A stretch of 64,000 bases of DNA from an uncultured Desulfosarcina sp. (GTDB lineage: Bacteria; Desulfobacterota; Desulfobacteria; Desulfobacterales; Desulfosarcinaceae), in assembly GCA_963674945.2 (NCBI GenBank), contig CAXXWQ010000004.1, positions 3,072,001 to 3,136,000 of the forward strand, written 5' to 3'. How positions within the stretch are numbered: the first letter of the stretch is position 1; the number at the start of each line of letters is the position of its first letter. A model generated the notes under the pieces. It was not told where the DNA came from. It did not search any database and saw only the letters and a list, made by a program, of their open reading frames with translations. Below, piece after piece: positions 17,845 through 26,921 of this stretch. Made by a program: the position numbers and the translations under genes.

Positions 17845-19020
17845 TTAGTCTCTCTTAAGAACCAGATTGACAATAATGCCGTCTCCTCCCAACGTGTCCA
17901 CCAGACCGACTTTGGCACCTTCGACCTGGCGCCCCTGGTCTACCAGACCACCGCGCAGCTGTTTGGCCACCTCGTAAACTTGGGATACACCGGTGGCGCC
18001 GATGGGGTGACCTTTTGATTTTAGACCGCCGGATATGTTGATCGCCGTTTTTCCATCGATTTCAAATTGCCCTTTTTGCCACATCTCACCTGCGGTGCCA
18101 CGCTCTGCAAAACCGAGGCTTTCCGCCGCGATGATACTCGCGATACTGAAGCAATCGTGTAACTCGCAGATATCGACATCCTCAGGGCCGATGCCGGCCA
18201 TGTCATATGCCTGTTTCACCGAGACTTCCCTGGCATGAAGATGGGGCAGGTGCTTGTACTGGGAGGCTAAATGTCCCGAGGACGCCTGGCCGGTGCCTGC
18301 AATATATACGGGTTTATCGGTGAGCTTTTTGGCCATCTCTTCCGATGCCAGCACCACTGCCGCCGCTCCGTCCGTAAACGGGCAGCAGTCAAGCAACTGC
18401 AACGGCGAGGTTACCATCATGCCATTGAGCACTTTTTCCACCGTGATCTCTTTTTGAAACTGAGCATTGGGATTTTTCGCACCATAATAATGGGACTGAA
18501 CCGACACCTGGGCCATCTGCTCCTTCAGTTTTTCCAGCGGTATGCCATAGTGAGAGGCATACAAATGGGCCAGCATGGCGAAAACCGCCGGAAATGTAAA
18601 TCCGGCCGGCGTTTCGAAACGGCTGTCATTGAACATTCCAAAGGTTCGCGTGGCAAGCGGAGTACCCATGGACGTTGCTTTCTCGACACCGCACACGAGA
18701 ACGATATCATATGCACCGGAGGCAACCCACATGGCGGCATCCCGAACGGCCATGGTGGCGGTGGCACAAGCGCCTTCATATCGGAAAGCAGGAACATTGG
18801 TGCATCCAATATCGTTGGCGAGAAACGAATGGACCATGCCCTGCCCATCGGTAAACTCACCCAGCACGTTGCCACAATAGATCGCTTGTATATCTTTCGG
18901 TGTTATGTTGGACTGGACGATGGCATCCAAGGATGCCTCCGCGGCAAGTTCTATACTCGTATTCGGCGAATCGGTCATAAATTTGGTATGACCCCCTCCA
19001 ATCACCGCAACTTTTCTCAT
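17845..19020 (-). CDS. SCP2/SCPx-type thiolase family protein
   Basis: YEGACAT (Cys), TDGAAA, ELHDCF, NISGGL.SKGHPIGATG. Start MRKVAV with AGGAG RBS. Confidence 0.9.
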   Translation of the reverse strand: MRKVAVIGGGHTKFMTDSPNTSIELAAEASLDAIVQSNITPKDIQAIYCGNVLGEFTDGQGMVHSFLANDIGCTNVPAFRYEGACATATMAVRDAAMWVASGAYDIVLVCGVEKATSMGTPLATRTFGMFNDSRFETPAGFTFPAVFAMLAHLYASHYGIPLEKLKEQMAQVSVQSHYYGAKNPNAQFQKEITVEKVLNGMMVTSPLQLLDCCPFTDGAAAVVLASEEMAKKLTDKPVYIAGTGQASSGHLASQYKHLPHLHAREVSVKQAYDMAGIGPEDVDICELHDCFSIASIIAAESLGFAERGTAGEMWQKGQFEIDGKTAINISGGLKSKGHPIGATGVSQVYEVAKQLRGGLVDQGRQVEGAKVGLVDTLGGDGIIVNLVLKRD

Positions 19021-19036
19021 TGGTAACAACTCCTTT

Positions 19037-19807
19037 CTATTTTGCCGCCATCCGAATGGCGGCATCCAGGCGAATGGTTTCACCATTTAGCATCGGATTT
19101 TCAATGATATGTCCAACCAACATAGCAAATTCAGCTGGATTTCCCAACCGTTTTGGAAATGGCATCATTTTCGCCAGTGCTTCCTGGGCTTTCGGCGGAA
19201 GACCGGCTACCATGGGCGTCATGAAGATTCCCGGTGCAATGGCGTTGCAACGAATTCCCAAACTGGCAAACTCCCTGGCAAGGGGCAGGGTCATCCCAAC
19301 GACACCGGCCTTGGAGGCGCTGTAGGCCGACTGGCCGATCTGGCCTTCAAACGCGGCCACTGAAGCTACATTGATGACGGCTCCCTTTTCACCATCACTG
19401 TTCGGCTCATTTTTCAGCATTTGAACGGCGGCAAGACGAACAACATTCATGGTGCCCACCAGATTGATCTGAATCACTTTATTGAAAAAATCGATGGGCA
19501 TAGGGTTTCCGTCCCTGTCGATCACTTTTTTCGGTGTTCCGACCCCTGCACAGTTGACCGCAACGTGAATCCCGCCAAAAGCCGCCACGGTGCTATCCAT
19601 CGCTGCTTGTACACTGGCTTCATCCGTCACGTCGGTTTTGCAGAAAATGACCGCGTCTCCAAGCTCAGCCGCCAGCTTTTCACCCTTGTCGGCATCAAAA
19701 TCCAAAATGGAGGCTTTGCCCCCTTTTTCCACCACATCCCTTACGACTGCCTCGCCTAGGCCGGACGCCCCGCCTGTGACAACGGCCACACAATTCTTTC
19801 TATCCAT
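19037..19807 (-). CDS. 3-hydroxyacyl-CoA dehydrogenase type II (HSD17B10/FadB2x-like SDR)
   Basis: TGGASGLG, VNCAG, EGQIGQSAYSASK, PFPKRLG.P.EFA, LNGETIRLD. Confidence 0.9.
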   Translation of the reverse strand: MDRKNCVAVVTGGASGLGEAVVRDVVEKGGKASILDFDADKGEKLAAELGDAVIFCKTDVTDEASVQAAMDSTVAAFGGIHVAVNCAGVGTPKKVIDRDGNPMPIDFFNKVIQINLVGTMNVVRLAAVQMLKNEPNSDGEKGAVINVASVAAFEGQIGQSAYSASKAGVVGMTLPLAREFASLGIRCNAIAPGIFMTPMVAGLPPKAQEALAKMMPFPKRLGNPAEFAMLVGHIIENPMLNGETIRLDAAIRMAAK

Positions 19808-19883
19808 GGGTTACGCTCCTCAAATTATAATTTATGAATCGGTTCATTAGATACCGTTATGACCTGATGCCCGACTGAATATG

Positions 19884-19945
19884 AATTTCATCATCAGTAT
19901 ATGCCCAACAGCTAAGATATGCCCAACAGCTAAGCTGATGAAATT
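19884..19945. repeat. 18-bp tandem duplication inside a 10-bp inverted repeat (leader of the SDR-thiolase operon)
   Basis: ATATGCCCAACAGCTAAG x2 (19899-19934) flanked by AATTTCATCA / TGATGAAATT. Confidence 0.8.
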
Positions 19946-19984
19946 GGATTATAAGCAATTGCTATACTTAGTTAAAAAGGGAAA

Positions 19985-20000
19985 GGCAATTGCCATGCCT
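19985..20000 (-). promoter_or_regulatory. sigma54 -24/-12 promoter of the SDR-thiolase-OB-fold operon
   Basis: Minus strand AGGCATGGCAATTGCC. Confidence 0.6.
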
Positions 20001-20085
20001 TTCAGAAATAATTGTTCTTACTGCCTAAAATAATTGATTAATATATTTTTACCGGATTTTATATCAATAAGCACTGATTAACTCT

Positions 20086-20101
20086 GGTGGAATTTTGCAC
20101 C
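20086..20101. promoter_or_regulatory. Putative bEBP upstream activator site
   Basis: CT-GGTGG-aatttt-GCACC-AG. One mismatch from the reverse complement of the 17165 site. Confidence 0.65.
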
Positions 20102-20417
20102 AGTCTTTGGGCGATGCTGCCCGGAAGTAGTCATTGCGATAAATGAAATCGATAGATTCCGCCTTTTGCCGAGATGCAATTGATTTAACGAAATGCGGAT
20201 CATTTTTGGTGGTGCATTTGGTGGTGCATTTTAATCAAAGCGATATGAAAATTGTAACACCTTTATTATTATAGGGAAAACAATTGATACAGAGAATTTG
20301 ACAGTCATTTTTACGATTATTATTCCGTCGAAAAACACCGGTTCTAGATCTTACCATGTCGAAAACATCGCATCCGAGAAGTTGAGCAGAGGTAATCCTT
20401 GCCAAATTGGAATGTGT

Positions 20418-20433
20418 TGGCATGCAATTTGAT
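20418..20433 (+). promoter_or_regulatory. Variant sigma54 promoter of the fabG-like/abfD-like operon
   Basis: TGGCATGCAATTTGAT (GG-N10-GA, non-canonical -12). Confidence 0.45.
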
Positions 20434-20651
20434 AAGACTTACCATTATATGTACAAATACTTTAGACATCGTAACGACAAGATACAGATTCTTCGCCTGA
20501 AGCTACCGATTCAAATACCATCCATTCTTCGTTTCTACTAAAATTCGTTGCTGATGTCATGGGTCTTGTATCAACGATTGCTCAGAATAGGAAAAACTCG
20601 GTTACGAAGTGCCATACTATAATTTTAAACAGTTAAGAAAGTGAGAACATT

Positions 20652-21398
20652 ATGAAGTTGAAGGGAAAAGTTGCGCTCGTTACGGGCGCATCCAGGGGGA
20701 TTGGAAGGGCGATCGCCATTTCATTGGCAAAGGAGGGTGCATTTGTCGCGGTAAATTATGCCAGCAACGCAAAGGCTGCCCAAGAGGTTGTGCAACTCAT
20801 TCAGGATGCCGGATCCGATGCAACGGCTTATCAAGCTGATATTGCAGACATTTCAGCTGTTGAAAAAATGGTCGCTGAGATAATGGAAAAACAAGGTGGT
20901 ATCGACATCCTGGTCAACAACGCTGGGGTTTGGCGAGGAGGCAAGCTTCAAAAGGTGCAACCCGCCGACTGGGACAAGGTTTTGGATACCAACCTGAAGG
21001 GGATGCTGTGCTGCACACGCGCCGTATTGCCTTCGATGTTAGAAAAAAAAGCAGGTAAAATTATCAATATATCTTCGGTGATTGGCATCGTCGGTTATCC
21101 GGGAGATACCATTTACGGAACTTCCAAAGCCGGAATTTTTGGGTTTACGAAATCCCTTGCCAAGGAAGTTGCGACAAAAGGAATTAATGTAAATGCCATC
21201 GCACCCGGTATCATCTCTACGGATATGAACAAGTCCCTCGACGAAGCCACCCGGGAAAAGTTATTGAAAAGTATTCCCATGAGAACGATGGGAGAACCCG
21301 AAGATATCGCCGAGGTTGTCTGTTTTCTTGCCTGTGGTGCTCGTTATGTGACAGGCCAGGTGTGGACTGTCGATGGCGGATACACAATGTTGTCGTAA
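20652..21398 (+). CDS. FabG-like 3-oxoacyl-ACP/CoA reductase (SDR)
   Basis: TGASRGIG, LVNNAG, YGTSK, VNAIAPG. Confidence 0.88.
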   Translation: MKLKGKVALVTGASRGIGRAIAISLAKEGAFVAVNYASNAKAAQEVVQLIQDAGSDATAYQADIADISAVEKMVAEIMEKQGGIDILVNNAGVWRGGKLQKVQPADWDKVLDTNLKGMLCCTRAVLPSMLEKKAGKIINISSVIGIVGYPGDTIYGTSKAGIFGFTKSLAKEVATKGINVNAIAPGIISTDMNKSLDEATREKLLKSIPMRTMGEPEDIAEVVCFLACGARYVTGQVWTVDGGYTMLS

Positions 21399-21536
21399 GA
21401 AAAAATTGCTTTGATCGAGGCATAGGATCGACAATACCAAAACAGTGGTTTCGTTTACAACTGTTGGTATAATGATAATAGTTATTGTGTTTAGTTTGGT
21501 TGTGCCACTTTCATTCGGACATGAGGAGAAAATTAA

Positions 21537-23054
21537 ATGATTATTACATCAGAAGAGTGGGTCGACAGACAGCTATCCATGAAAAAAAATATCTATATGG
21601 GAGGTGATCTCGTAGGAAGAGATCATCCTCTCATTGTACCCGGGAGAAACGTAATTGCCATGACATATGACATGGCACAAGACGAGAAATACAAGGGTAT
21701 CATTACTGCCAAATCCCACATAGACGGTAGTGAGATCAACCGCTGGTGCAACCTGCATCAAAACGTCGAAGATTTATTGATCAAACAGAAGTCGACGCGA
21801 TGCGGAATTCACAATTGCGGATTCTGCATGCAGCGGTGCATGGGAAATGACGGCTTGAACGCCCTTTATGTGGTGACAAAAGAACTGGATGAAAAATATG
21901 GGACCGACTATCATCAGAAGATGCAGGATTTTGCTGCCTATTTCCAGAAAAACGATATCACATCGGCCCTTGCACAAACCGATGTCAAGGGAGACCGTTC
22001 AAAACGGCCCGCCGATCAGGATGATCCGGATCAATACGTTCGGATGATAAAAAAGACGAAAGACGGCATCATTGTCCGCGGTGCGAAAATTCACATCACC
22101 ATGGCGCCATACGCCGATGAAATTATTGTCTTGCCCACTCGGGTCATGAGAGAGGAAGAAAAGGACTATGCGGTGGCCTTTGCGATTCCGGCAGATACCG
22201 AAGGCGTCCATATCATTAACAGGGCATCGGCACCCAGGGGGCGGAAGAAATATGAAGCGCCCATGAACAAGTATGGAAGTTCAGATGCCATTACCGTTTT
22301 CGATGATGTTTTTGTTCCGTGGGAACGGGTATTCATGTGTGGTGAATACCAGGAAGCCGGCCGGCTTGCGTTGTTGTTCGCCAATTACCATAGACACGCC
22401 TATTGTGGCTGCAAGCCAGGCGTTACGGATGTGATCATGGGATTCACCCAACTCGTTGCCGAATACAGCGGGATTCAGAAAGCACAGCATGTTCGACACG
22501 AAATGGCTGATCTGATTGCTGTTGCGGAGTTGGTTTATGCTGCAGGAATCGCAAGTTCGGTGCAGGCCACAACATCTTCTTCAGGGGTCGTGATTCCGAA
22601 CCCGGTCTATTCCAACGTCGGACGTCGATTGGCAGGAGAGAACATTTACCATGAGCATAACATTCTGGTGGCGATTGCAGGTGGTTTGCCCGCAACCCTG
22701 CCCTTTGAGGAAGATTTCATCAACGACAAGACAGCCCCCTTCCTCGAAAAATATTTAAAGAGAGTAAAGAGTGTATCATCCGAAGATGTTCATCGATGTT
22801 TCCGCAGTATATCAGACTTGACTTGTTCGGCATGGGGTGGTGTCTGGCAGATCGCAGGCGTCCATGGAGGTGGTTCACCCATCATGGAAACCATTGCGAT
22901 TTTATCGAATTACAATTTGAAACAAAAAACGGACATCGCCAAATTCCTTTCCGGAATTGCTAACGACAATAAAGATAAAGAGGAAGTATTCGAGAACGAA
23001 AAAGATGATTTGGCATCTTTTAAAAAGCATCTCGAGTTGTACAAAAAGTCATAA
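21537..23054 (+). CDS. 4-hydroxybutyryl-CoA dehydratase (AbfD)-like [4Fe-4S]/FAD enzyme
   Basis: CMQRCMGND and HRHAYCGCK Fe-S ligand motifs, TDVKGDRSKRP, VRGAK.HIT, FDDVFVPWERVF, HGGGSP. Confidence 0.85.
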   Translation: MIITSEEWVDRQLSMKKNIYMGGDLVGRDHPLIVPGRNVIAMTYDMAQDEKYKGIITAKSHIDGSEINRWCNLHQNVEDLLIKQKSTRCGIHNCGFCMQRCMGNDGLNALYVVTKELDEKYGTDYHQKMQDFAAYFQKNDITSALAQTDVKGDRSKRPADQDDPDQYVRMIKKTKDGIIVRGAKIHITMAPYADEIIVLPTRVMREEEKDYAVAFAIPADTEGVHIINRASAPRGRKKYEAPMNKYGSSDAITVFDDVFVPWERVFMCGEYQEAGRLALLFANYHRHAYCGCKPGVTDVIMGFTQLVAEYSGIQKAQHVRHEMADLIAVAELVYAAGIASSVQATTSSSGVVIPNPVYSNVGRRLAGENIYHEHNILVAIAGGLPATLPFEEDFINDKTAPFLEKYLKRVKSVSSEDVHRCFRSISDLTCSAWGGVWQIAGVHGGGSPIMETIAILSNYNLKQKTDIAKFLSGIANDNKDKEEVFENEKDDLASFKKHLELYKKS

Positions 23055-23076
23055 GTAGGGTTATCATCGTAAATAG

Positions 23077-23162
23077 ATCCCACCCTTTGGGTCAATGATG
23101 AGTCGTAAACGATGGATCAAAAGATCACGTTTCCTCATTAGGCCCGTGGGGTGGGATTTTTT
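23077..23162 (+). terminator. Long imperfect hairpin followed by a T-run after the abfD-like gene
   Basis: ATCCCACCC...GGGTC-AATGA / TCATT-A-GGCCC...GGGTGGGAT-TTTTT. Confidence 0.55.
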
Positions 23163-23422
23163 AATGTATGGTGCTTTTTAAGACAGGCGGAAATTTAATG
23201 GAGAGTAAAGGGGCGGACACACAATAAGATACCGGAAATGACATTTTTGGAACAGGGCCGGAATGTTTCGCAGGTCGTTGAAGTGTGCGTGTTTTGCGGA
23301 GATGTTTGAAGAGTGAAATACGATATGAGAAAATTTTGGTGTCGAAGATGTTTCACGCATTGTGTAGCGTGTAGCCTGGCTGCTGTCACTGCGATTATTC
23401 CCCGTGCATGCGCAATTGGGAA

Positions 23423-23482
23423 GATATCGCTCCTGCAGAAGATGGAATTGTGACAGCAGGCGCGAATTGCAGGAGCGATATC
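23423..23482. repeat. 15-bp perfect inverted repeat (REP-like) between convergent genes
   Basis: GATATCGCTCCTGCA / TGCAGGAGCGATATC. Confidence 0.7.
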
Positions 23483-23630
23483 AGGTACTTCCCGGCAGCT
23501 AAAATGGGTACGCTTTTAACTGCCCTTTTCCGCTATGAACATGAACGATAACCATACCCTCTTGGTCAGCTCAATATACAGCAGCTTGGCAAGGTTCAGA
23601 CCAAAGATCCTGGTTTTGCTTGGAAATCGT

Positions 23631-24632
23631 TTAGCATCTCTTCGTCGGCTCAATTCCCAGTGCGTTGGCCATGTTCAGACCAAAGATTTTCGCCTTGTCG
23701 TCTTCTGTGAGAGGTGCGAATCCATAATCTTCCTGCAAACTCTCACTGAACTGGAATTTACGGAAGGCATCGATCGATGGCTTCTCCAGAGCTCCCTCGT
23801 GGCTCCAGATGAGCTTTTCTACACCTGCGTACATTATGGCATGACCCAGAAGTTTGGCAAACCAGCGGGGGCGGCATTCGATGCAATTATCGATAAAACT
23901 CATGCCGATATACAGGTTGGGATAGGTACCGGCCAGACAGTTCAGATCATCATGCCACGGCCATCCAAAATGGAAGGCGAGAAGCTTGAGGTCGTAGAAG
24001 TTTCGGCAGACCTCGTCCAAATACCTCGGATTGCAGACATCGGTGTTGGCTCCATATACGTAACCGTGTCCGAAATGGCCCCCCACCATGAATCCCAGTT
24101 CCTGGGCTTTCTCCCAGAATGGCCACAATCGTTTATCATTAGGAGCCCACTTTTCTCCCGGCCAATAAATCTTTCCAAATGTGGCGCCATGCTCCTTGGC
24201 CATATACTCCAGTTCCCAGATAGCTTGATCGACGCCTCGTGTCGAGGGCTCGAAGACGGGGCCGGGACGAAGTCGGTCTGGGTATTTCTCACAAGCGTCC
24301 AGCATAAAAGCAACGTTAGTCCCTTTGGGATCAACATTCATATAGAGGCCATGCCTGTGAGGAACTAGATGCAACATGTCAACACCGTCATGATCCATGA
24401 GGTCAATGAGGGAATCGGGCATGGGTTTGCTACCCAAGATTTCTCTCATTTTCATGGCATTTTCAATGAAGCTCGTCTGAAACTTCGGATTATTGGCAGT
24501 CATAACCCGATAGGGCAACCGGCTGGCTGCATAACGTTGATAATCGCGGTAATGTTTCAGATGCTCGGCTTCGTTCAGCATATCCGGTGAAAAATGACCT
24601 TCATGCTCGATTATGAAATAGTCTTTTGCCAT
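23631..24632 (-). CDS. Amidohydrolase family 2 protein (TIM-barrel metal-dependent hydrolase/decarboxylase/hydratase)
   Basis: IIEHEGH, KYPDRL, ND..LWPFWEKA.ELG, HFG, AFHFGWPW, KAKIFGLN. Confidence 0.8.
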   Translation of the reverse strand: MAKDYFIIEHEGHFSPDMLNEAEHLKHYRDYQRYAASRLPYRVMTANNPKFQTSFIENAMKMREILGSKPMPDSLIDLMDHDGVDMLHLVPHRHGLYMNVDPKGTNVAFMLDACEKYPDRLRPGPVFEPSTRGVDQAIWELEYMAKEHGATFGKIYWPGEKWAPNDKRLWPFWEKAQELGFMVGGHFGHGYVYGANTDVCNPRYLDEVCRNFYDLKLLAFHFGWPWHDDLNCLAGTYPNLYIGMSFIDNCIECRPRWFAKLLGHAIMYAGVEKLIWSHEGALEKPSIDAFRKFQFSESLQEDYGFAPLTEDDKAKIFGLNMANALGIEPTKRC

Positions 24633-24730
24633 AACGATTCTCCTCGGCTAAATTGGTCTGAATTTTCAAAAAAGACTGCAAGTAAATGGTGTAGCGAGTT
24701 AGAATTGATTTTCCGATGGTCTTTCGCCAG

Positions 24731-24763
24731 CGCCTATAGCTGTCAAATGGACAGCTATAGGCG
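24731..24763. terminator. 14-bp perfect hairpin after the SDR gene (intra-operon)
   Basis: CGCCTATAGCTGTC-aaatg-GACAGCTATAGGCG. Confidence 0.55.
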
Positions 24764-24771
24764 AAGAGAGA

Positions 24772-25518
24772 TTAAATCATTTCAACAACCTGTCCGTTTA
24801 TCCGCCATGCTTCATCGGAGACGAGGAAGAGCGCAACCTTGGCCACGTCGGGAGGCGTGCTGATACCACGCGTCTTTGCCGCGATCATGGCTTGCAACCT
24901 CTGCTTCCCACCAGTCATTTTTGCAAACGCGCCTCTTGTAAGCGGTGTGTCGACCACTCCCGGCAGAATGCCATTGATGTTGACTTTCTGCTTGAACATC
25001 TCGGTTTCGGCGGCGATACTTTGAACGATACTCTTTACCGCGGCCTTCCCCGCCTGGTATCCGGGAAGTACTGGCTGGCCACCGGTTGATGAAGTAAAGA
25101 AGAGCATGAAACCATAGTTCTGCTTTTTCATGAAGTCGAGGGCGGCATGGGCACAGTTGAATGATGGATCGATCTGAAAGTCCAATTGCTTTTTAAAGAA
25201 TTCGAAGGTGCAATGCTCGAAGGGCATCATGGTTCCACCGCCGACGGTGCTGATCATGATATCGATCTTGCCGTGGTCCTGCACCACCTGCTTGACCCCT
25301 TTGTACACATCGGCATAGTCCATGGCGTTCATTTTTACGCCTTGGGCCTTGCCTCCATTGGAGTTTATCCGCTCTGCGATCCCTTTGGCGCCGTCTTCAT
25401 TGATATCCCAGATGACGACGGTTCCGCCTTCAGCCCCAAGTCCCTCGGCAATGGCCTCGCCGATGCTTCCGGGACTCCCCCCGCCACAGACGATTGCTAC
25501 TTTATCTTTGAATCTCAT
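24772..25518 (-). CDS. SDR family oxidoreductase
   Basis: Rossmann CGGGSPGSIG, YQAGK (YxxxK), NGILPG..DTP. Confidence 0.8.
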   Translation of the reverse strand: MRFKDKVAIVCGGGSPGSIGEAIAEGLGAEGGTVVIWDINEDGAKGIAERINSNGGKAQGVKMNAMDYADVYKGVKQVVQDHGKIDIMISTVGGGTMMPFEHCTFEFFKKQLDFQIDPSFNCAHAALDFMKKQNYGFMLFFTSSTGGQPVLPGYQAGKAAVKSIVQSIAAETEMFKQKVNINGILPGVVDTPLTRGAFAKMTGGKQRLQAMIAAKTRGISTPPDVAKVALFLVSDEAWRINGQVVEMI

Positions 25519-25547
25519 TAAAATTCCTTCCCAAATACTGGTTATGT

Positions 25548-25735
25548 ACCAAAGTTTCGCAGTTGACTTTCCCTATAAAGTCGATCAGAACCTCATGATT
25601 CGCGAAAACCAAACAAACGACATGTAATTTACCACATTTTCCATAGGGTTTGAGACCACAACCGGTACTTGGCGCCTGGAAATGAATTAGAAAATCATAA
25701 CTGCATGGCCCCAATTTCAACTGCGAAACTTTGGT
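25548..25735. mobile_element. 188-bp MITE-like element with perfect 19-bp terminal inverted repeats
   Basis: ACCAAAGTTTCGCAGTTGA (25548-25566) / TCAACTGCGAAACTTTGGT (25717-25735). Non-coding interior. Confidence 0.65.
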
Positions 25736-25777
25736 TATTTTTTATCGATTCTCTTTTGCCTTATCCTCGACGGCTGA

Positions 25778-26281
25778 TCAACGGGGAACAGCGCGACCAT
25801 TTTCGATGGTTACGACGCGTTCTTTAAAGCGCCATTTTCCGTCATCGCATTTGACGAATTTGTCCTTGTAGTTGCCGAATACGAGTACATATGCCCAGCC
25901 TGACAACATGTTTGCCGTACCATTGTTGACCTCATCGAGCCGGAAAAAATAAGACTCCGCAGAAGCTTCCGTATCACTTTCCAGCGTAATATTCGTTGCA
26001 CTGGTACAATGCTTATGCCAGGCATCCGGTGCATTGGGATGACCCATAATGTACCCTTTCAGCATGTCTTTGCCTTTTAGGCCGCCTTCGGGTTGGGGAA
26101 CGATGACTTGCGGTATTGTTTTACCCCGGTTTGTGATTTTGTAAACGCCATCGTCAATCCACAGATCCAGCCATTCTTCATTCCGGCCGTAGTCAATGAA
26201 GTGCCCGTAGTTATTAATGGTTTGCTGAATAGCCTTTTCGGCTTCCAATGCCTGAATACGTTTTTCGAGATCACCACTCAT
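25778..26281 (-). CDS. SnoaL/NTF2-like protein (BaiE/LinA-type fold)
   Basis: RIQALE....I...IN.Y...ID......W..LW..DG, HKH, G.Y.D.FVK..DGKWRF..R. Confidence 0.8.
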   Translation of the reverse strand: MSGDLEKRIQALEAEKAIQQTINNYGHFIDYGRNEEWLDLWIDDGVYKITNRGKTIPQVIVPQPEGGLKGKDMLKGYIMGHPNAPDAWHKHCTSATNITLESDTEASAESYFFRLDEVNNGTANMLSGWAYVLVFGNYKDKFVKCDDGKWRFKERVVTIENGRAVPR

Positions 26282-26473
26282 AATCCTTCTCCTTTCAACT
26301 TTTGGTTTAATTGGCGCCGGTCTCCTCTACCGGCCTAAACTCACCTAGAATCACCACTTCAAGCAGAAATAAATAAGGTGATAGTATTCGGCGTATTCGT
26401 AAATACAAACGAATAAACATTTACAATACAATGGGTATGATCAGAGCGCGGCCATAACTGACCATAGTTCATT

Positions 26474-26489
26474 TGCAACTTAAGTGCCA
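26474..26489 (-). promoter_or_regulatory. sigma54 -24/-12 promoter of the NTF2-SDR-amidohydrolase operon
   Basis: Minus strand TGGCACTTAAGTTGCA, matches the consensus TGGCAC-N5-TTGCW. Confidence 0.85.
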
Positions 26490-26563
26490 GTATAGAAACA
26501 ATCTAAAATTTCAATATGTTATGTAGTAAGCTGGTTTTTTATACAGAGAAGAATCTGAAATTT

Positions 26564-26690
26564 GGTGCACAGAATCATCGGTTTTAAACAAAAAAAACCA
26601 TTTGAAAAGGGCGATAAACCAAAAATACAGCGTGACCACGCACGTTCCTTCATGGTGCGTCTGTGCATCGCCAATGGCTTTATTTACACC
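26564..26690. promoter_or_regulatory. Putative bEBP sites between divergent sigma54 promoters
   Basis: GGTGC-acagaa-TCATC (26564-26579), GGTGC-gtctgt-GCATC (26654-26669), degenerate copy 21 bp later. Confidence 0.65.
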
Positions 26691-26808
26691 TTGTTTGCAT
26701 GCGGTTTGTCAGCGCAAGGGCAAACTCTGTTTGATCAAATAAAAAAAATCAGTTTGTATCCTAAGGTCGTCGTCTTGATAATACATTGTATATCCGAAAT
26801 ATGGATCA

Positions 26809-26824
26809 AGGCACCTAATTTGCA
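26809..26824 (+). promoter_or_regulatory. sigma54 -24/-12 promoter of the small-ORF/methyltransferase/isoprenoid-synthase-like operon
   Basis: AGGCACCTAATTTGCA, about 100 nt upstream of ATG 26922. Confidence 0.75.
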
Positions 26825-26921
26825 GTAAACCAACAAATTTGGTACGCTAAAAAAATTTTATCAGTGCGAAACAGCCGCTGTAAAAAGGGAGCCGTGTTGG
26901 AATGAACAGTCCGGGAAGGAA

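Noticed and set aside
19899..19934. Direct repeats as a possible CRISPR remnant
   Set aside because: Two adjacent copies with no spacer, and no cas genes.
23238..23453. Plus-strand frame with CVFC, an in-frame TGA (23307-23309), CRRC and CVAC, a possible second selenoprotein
   Set aside because: No RBS or promoter, it lies after a terminator, there is no hairpin after the TGA, and the TG-rich sequence yields Cys codons by chance.
23535..24368. 277-aa plus-strand ORF
   Set aside because: Antisense to the amidohydrolase, with no motifs.
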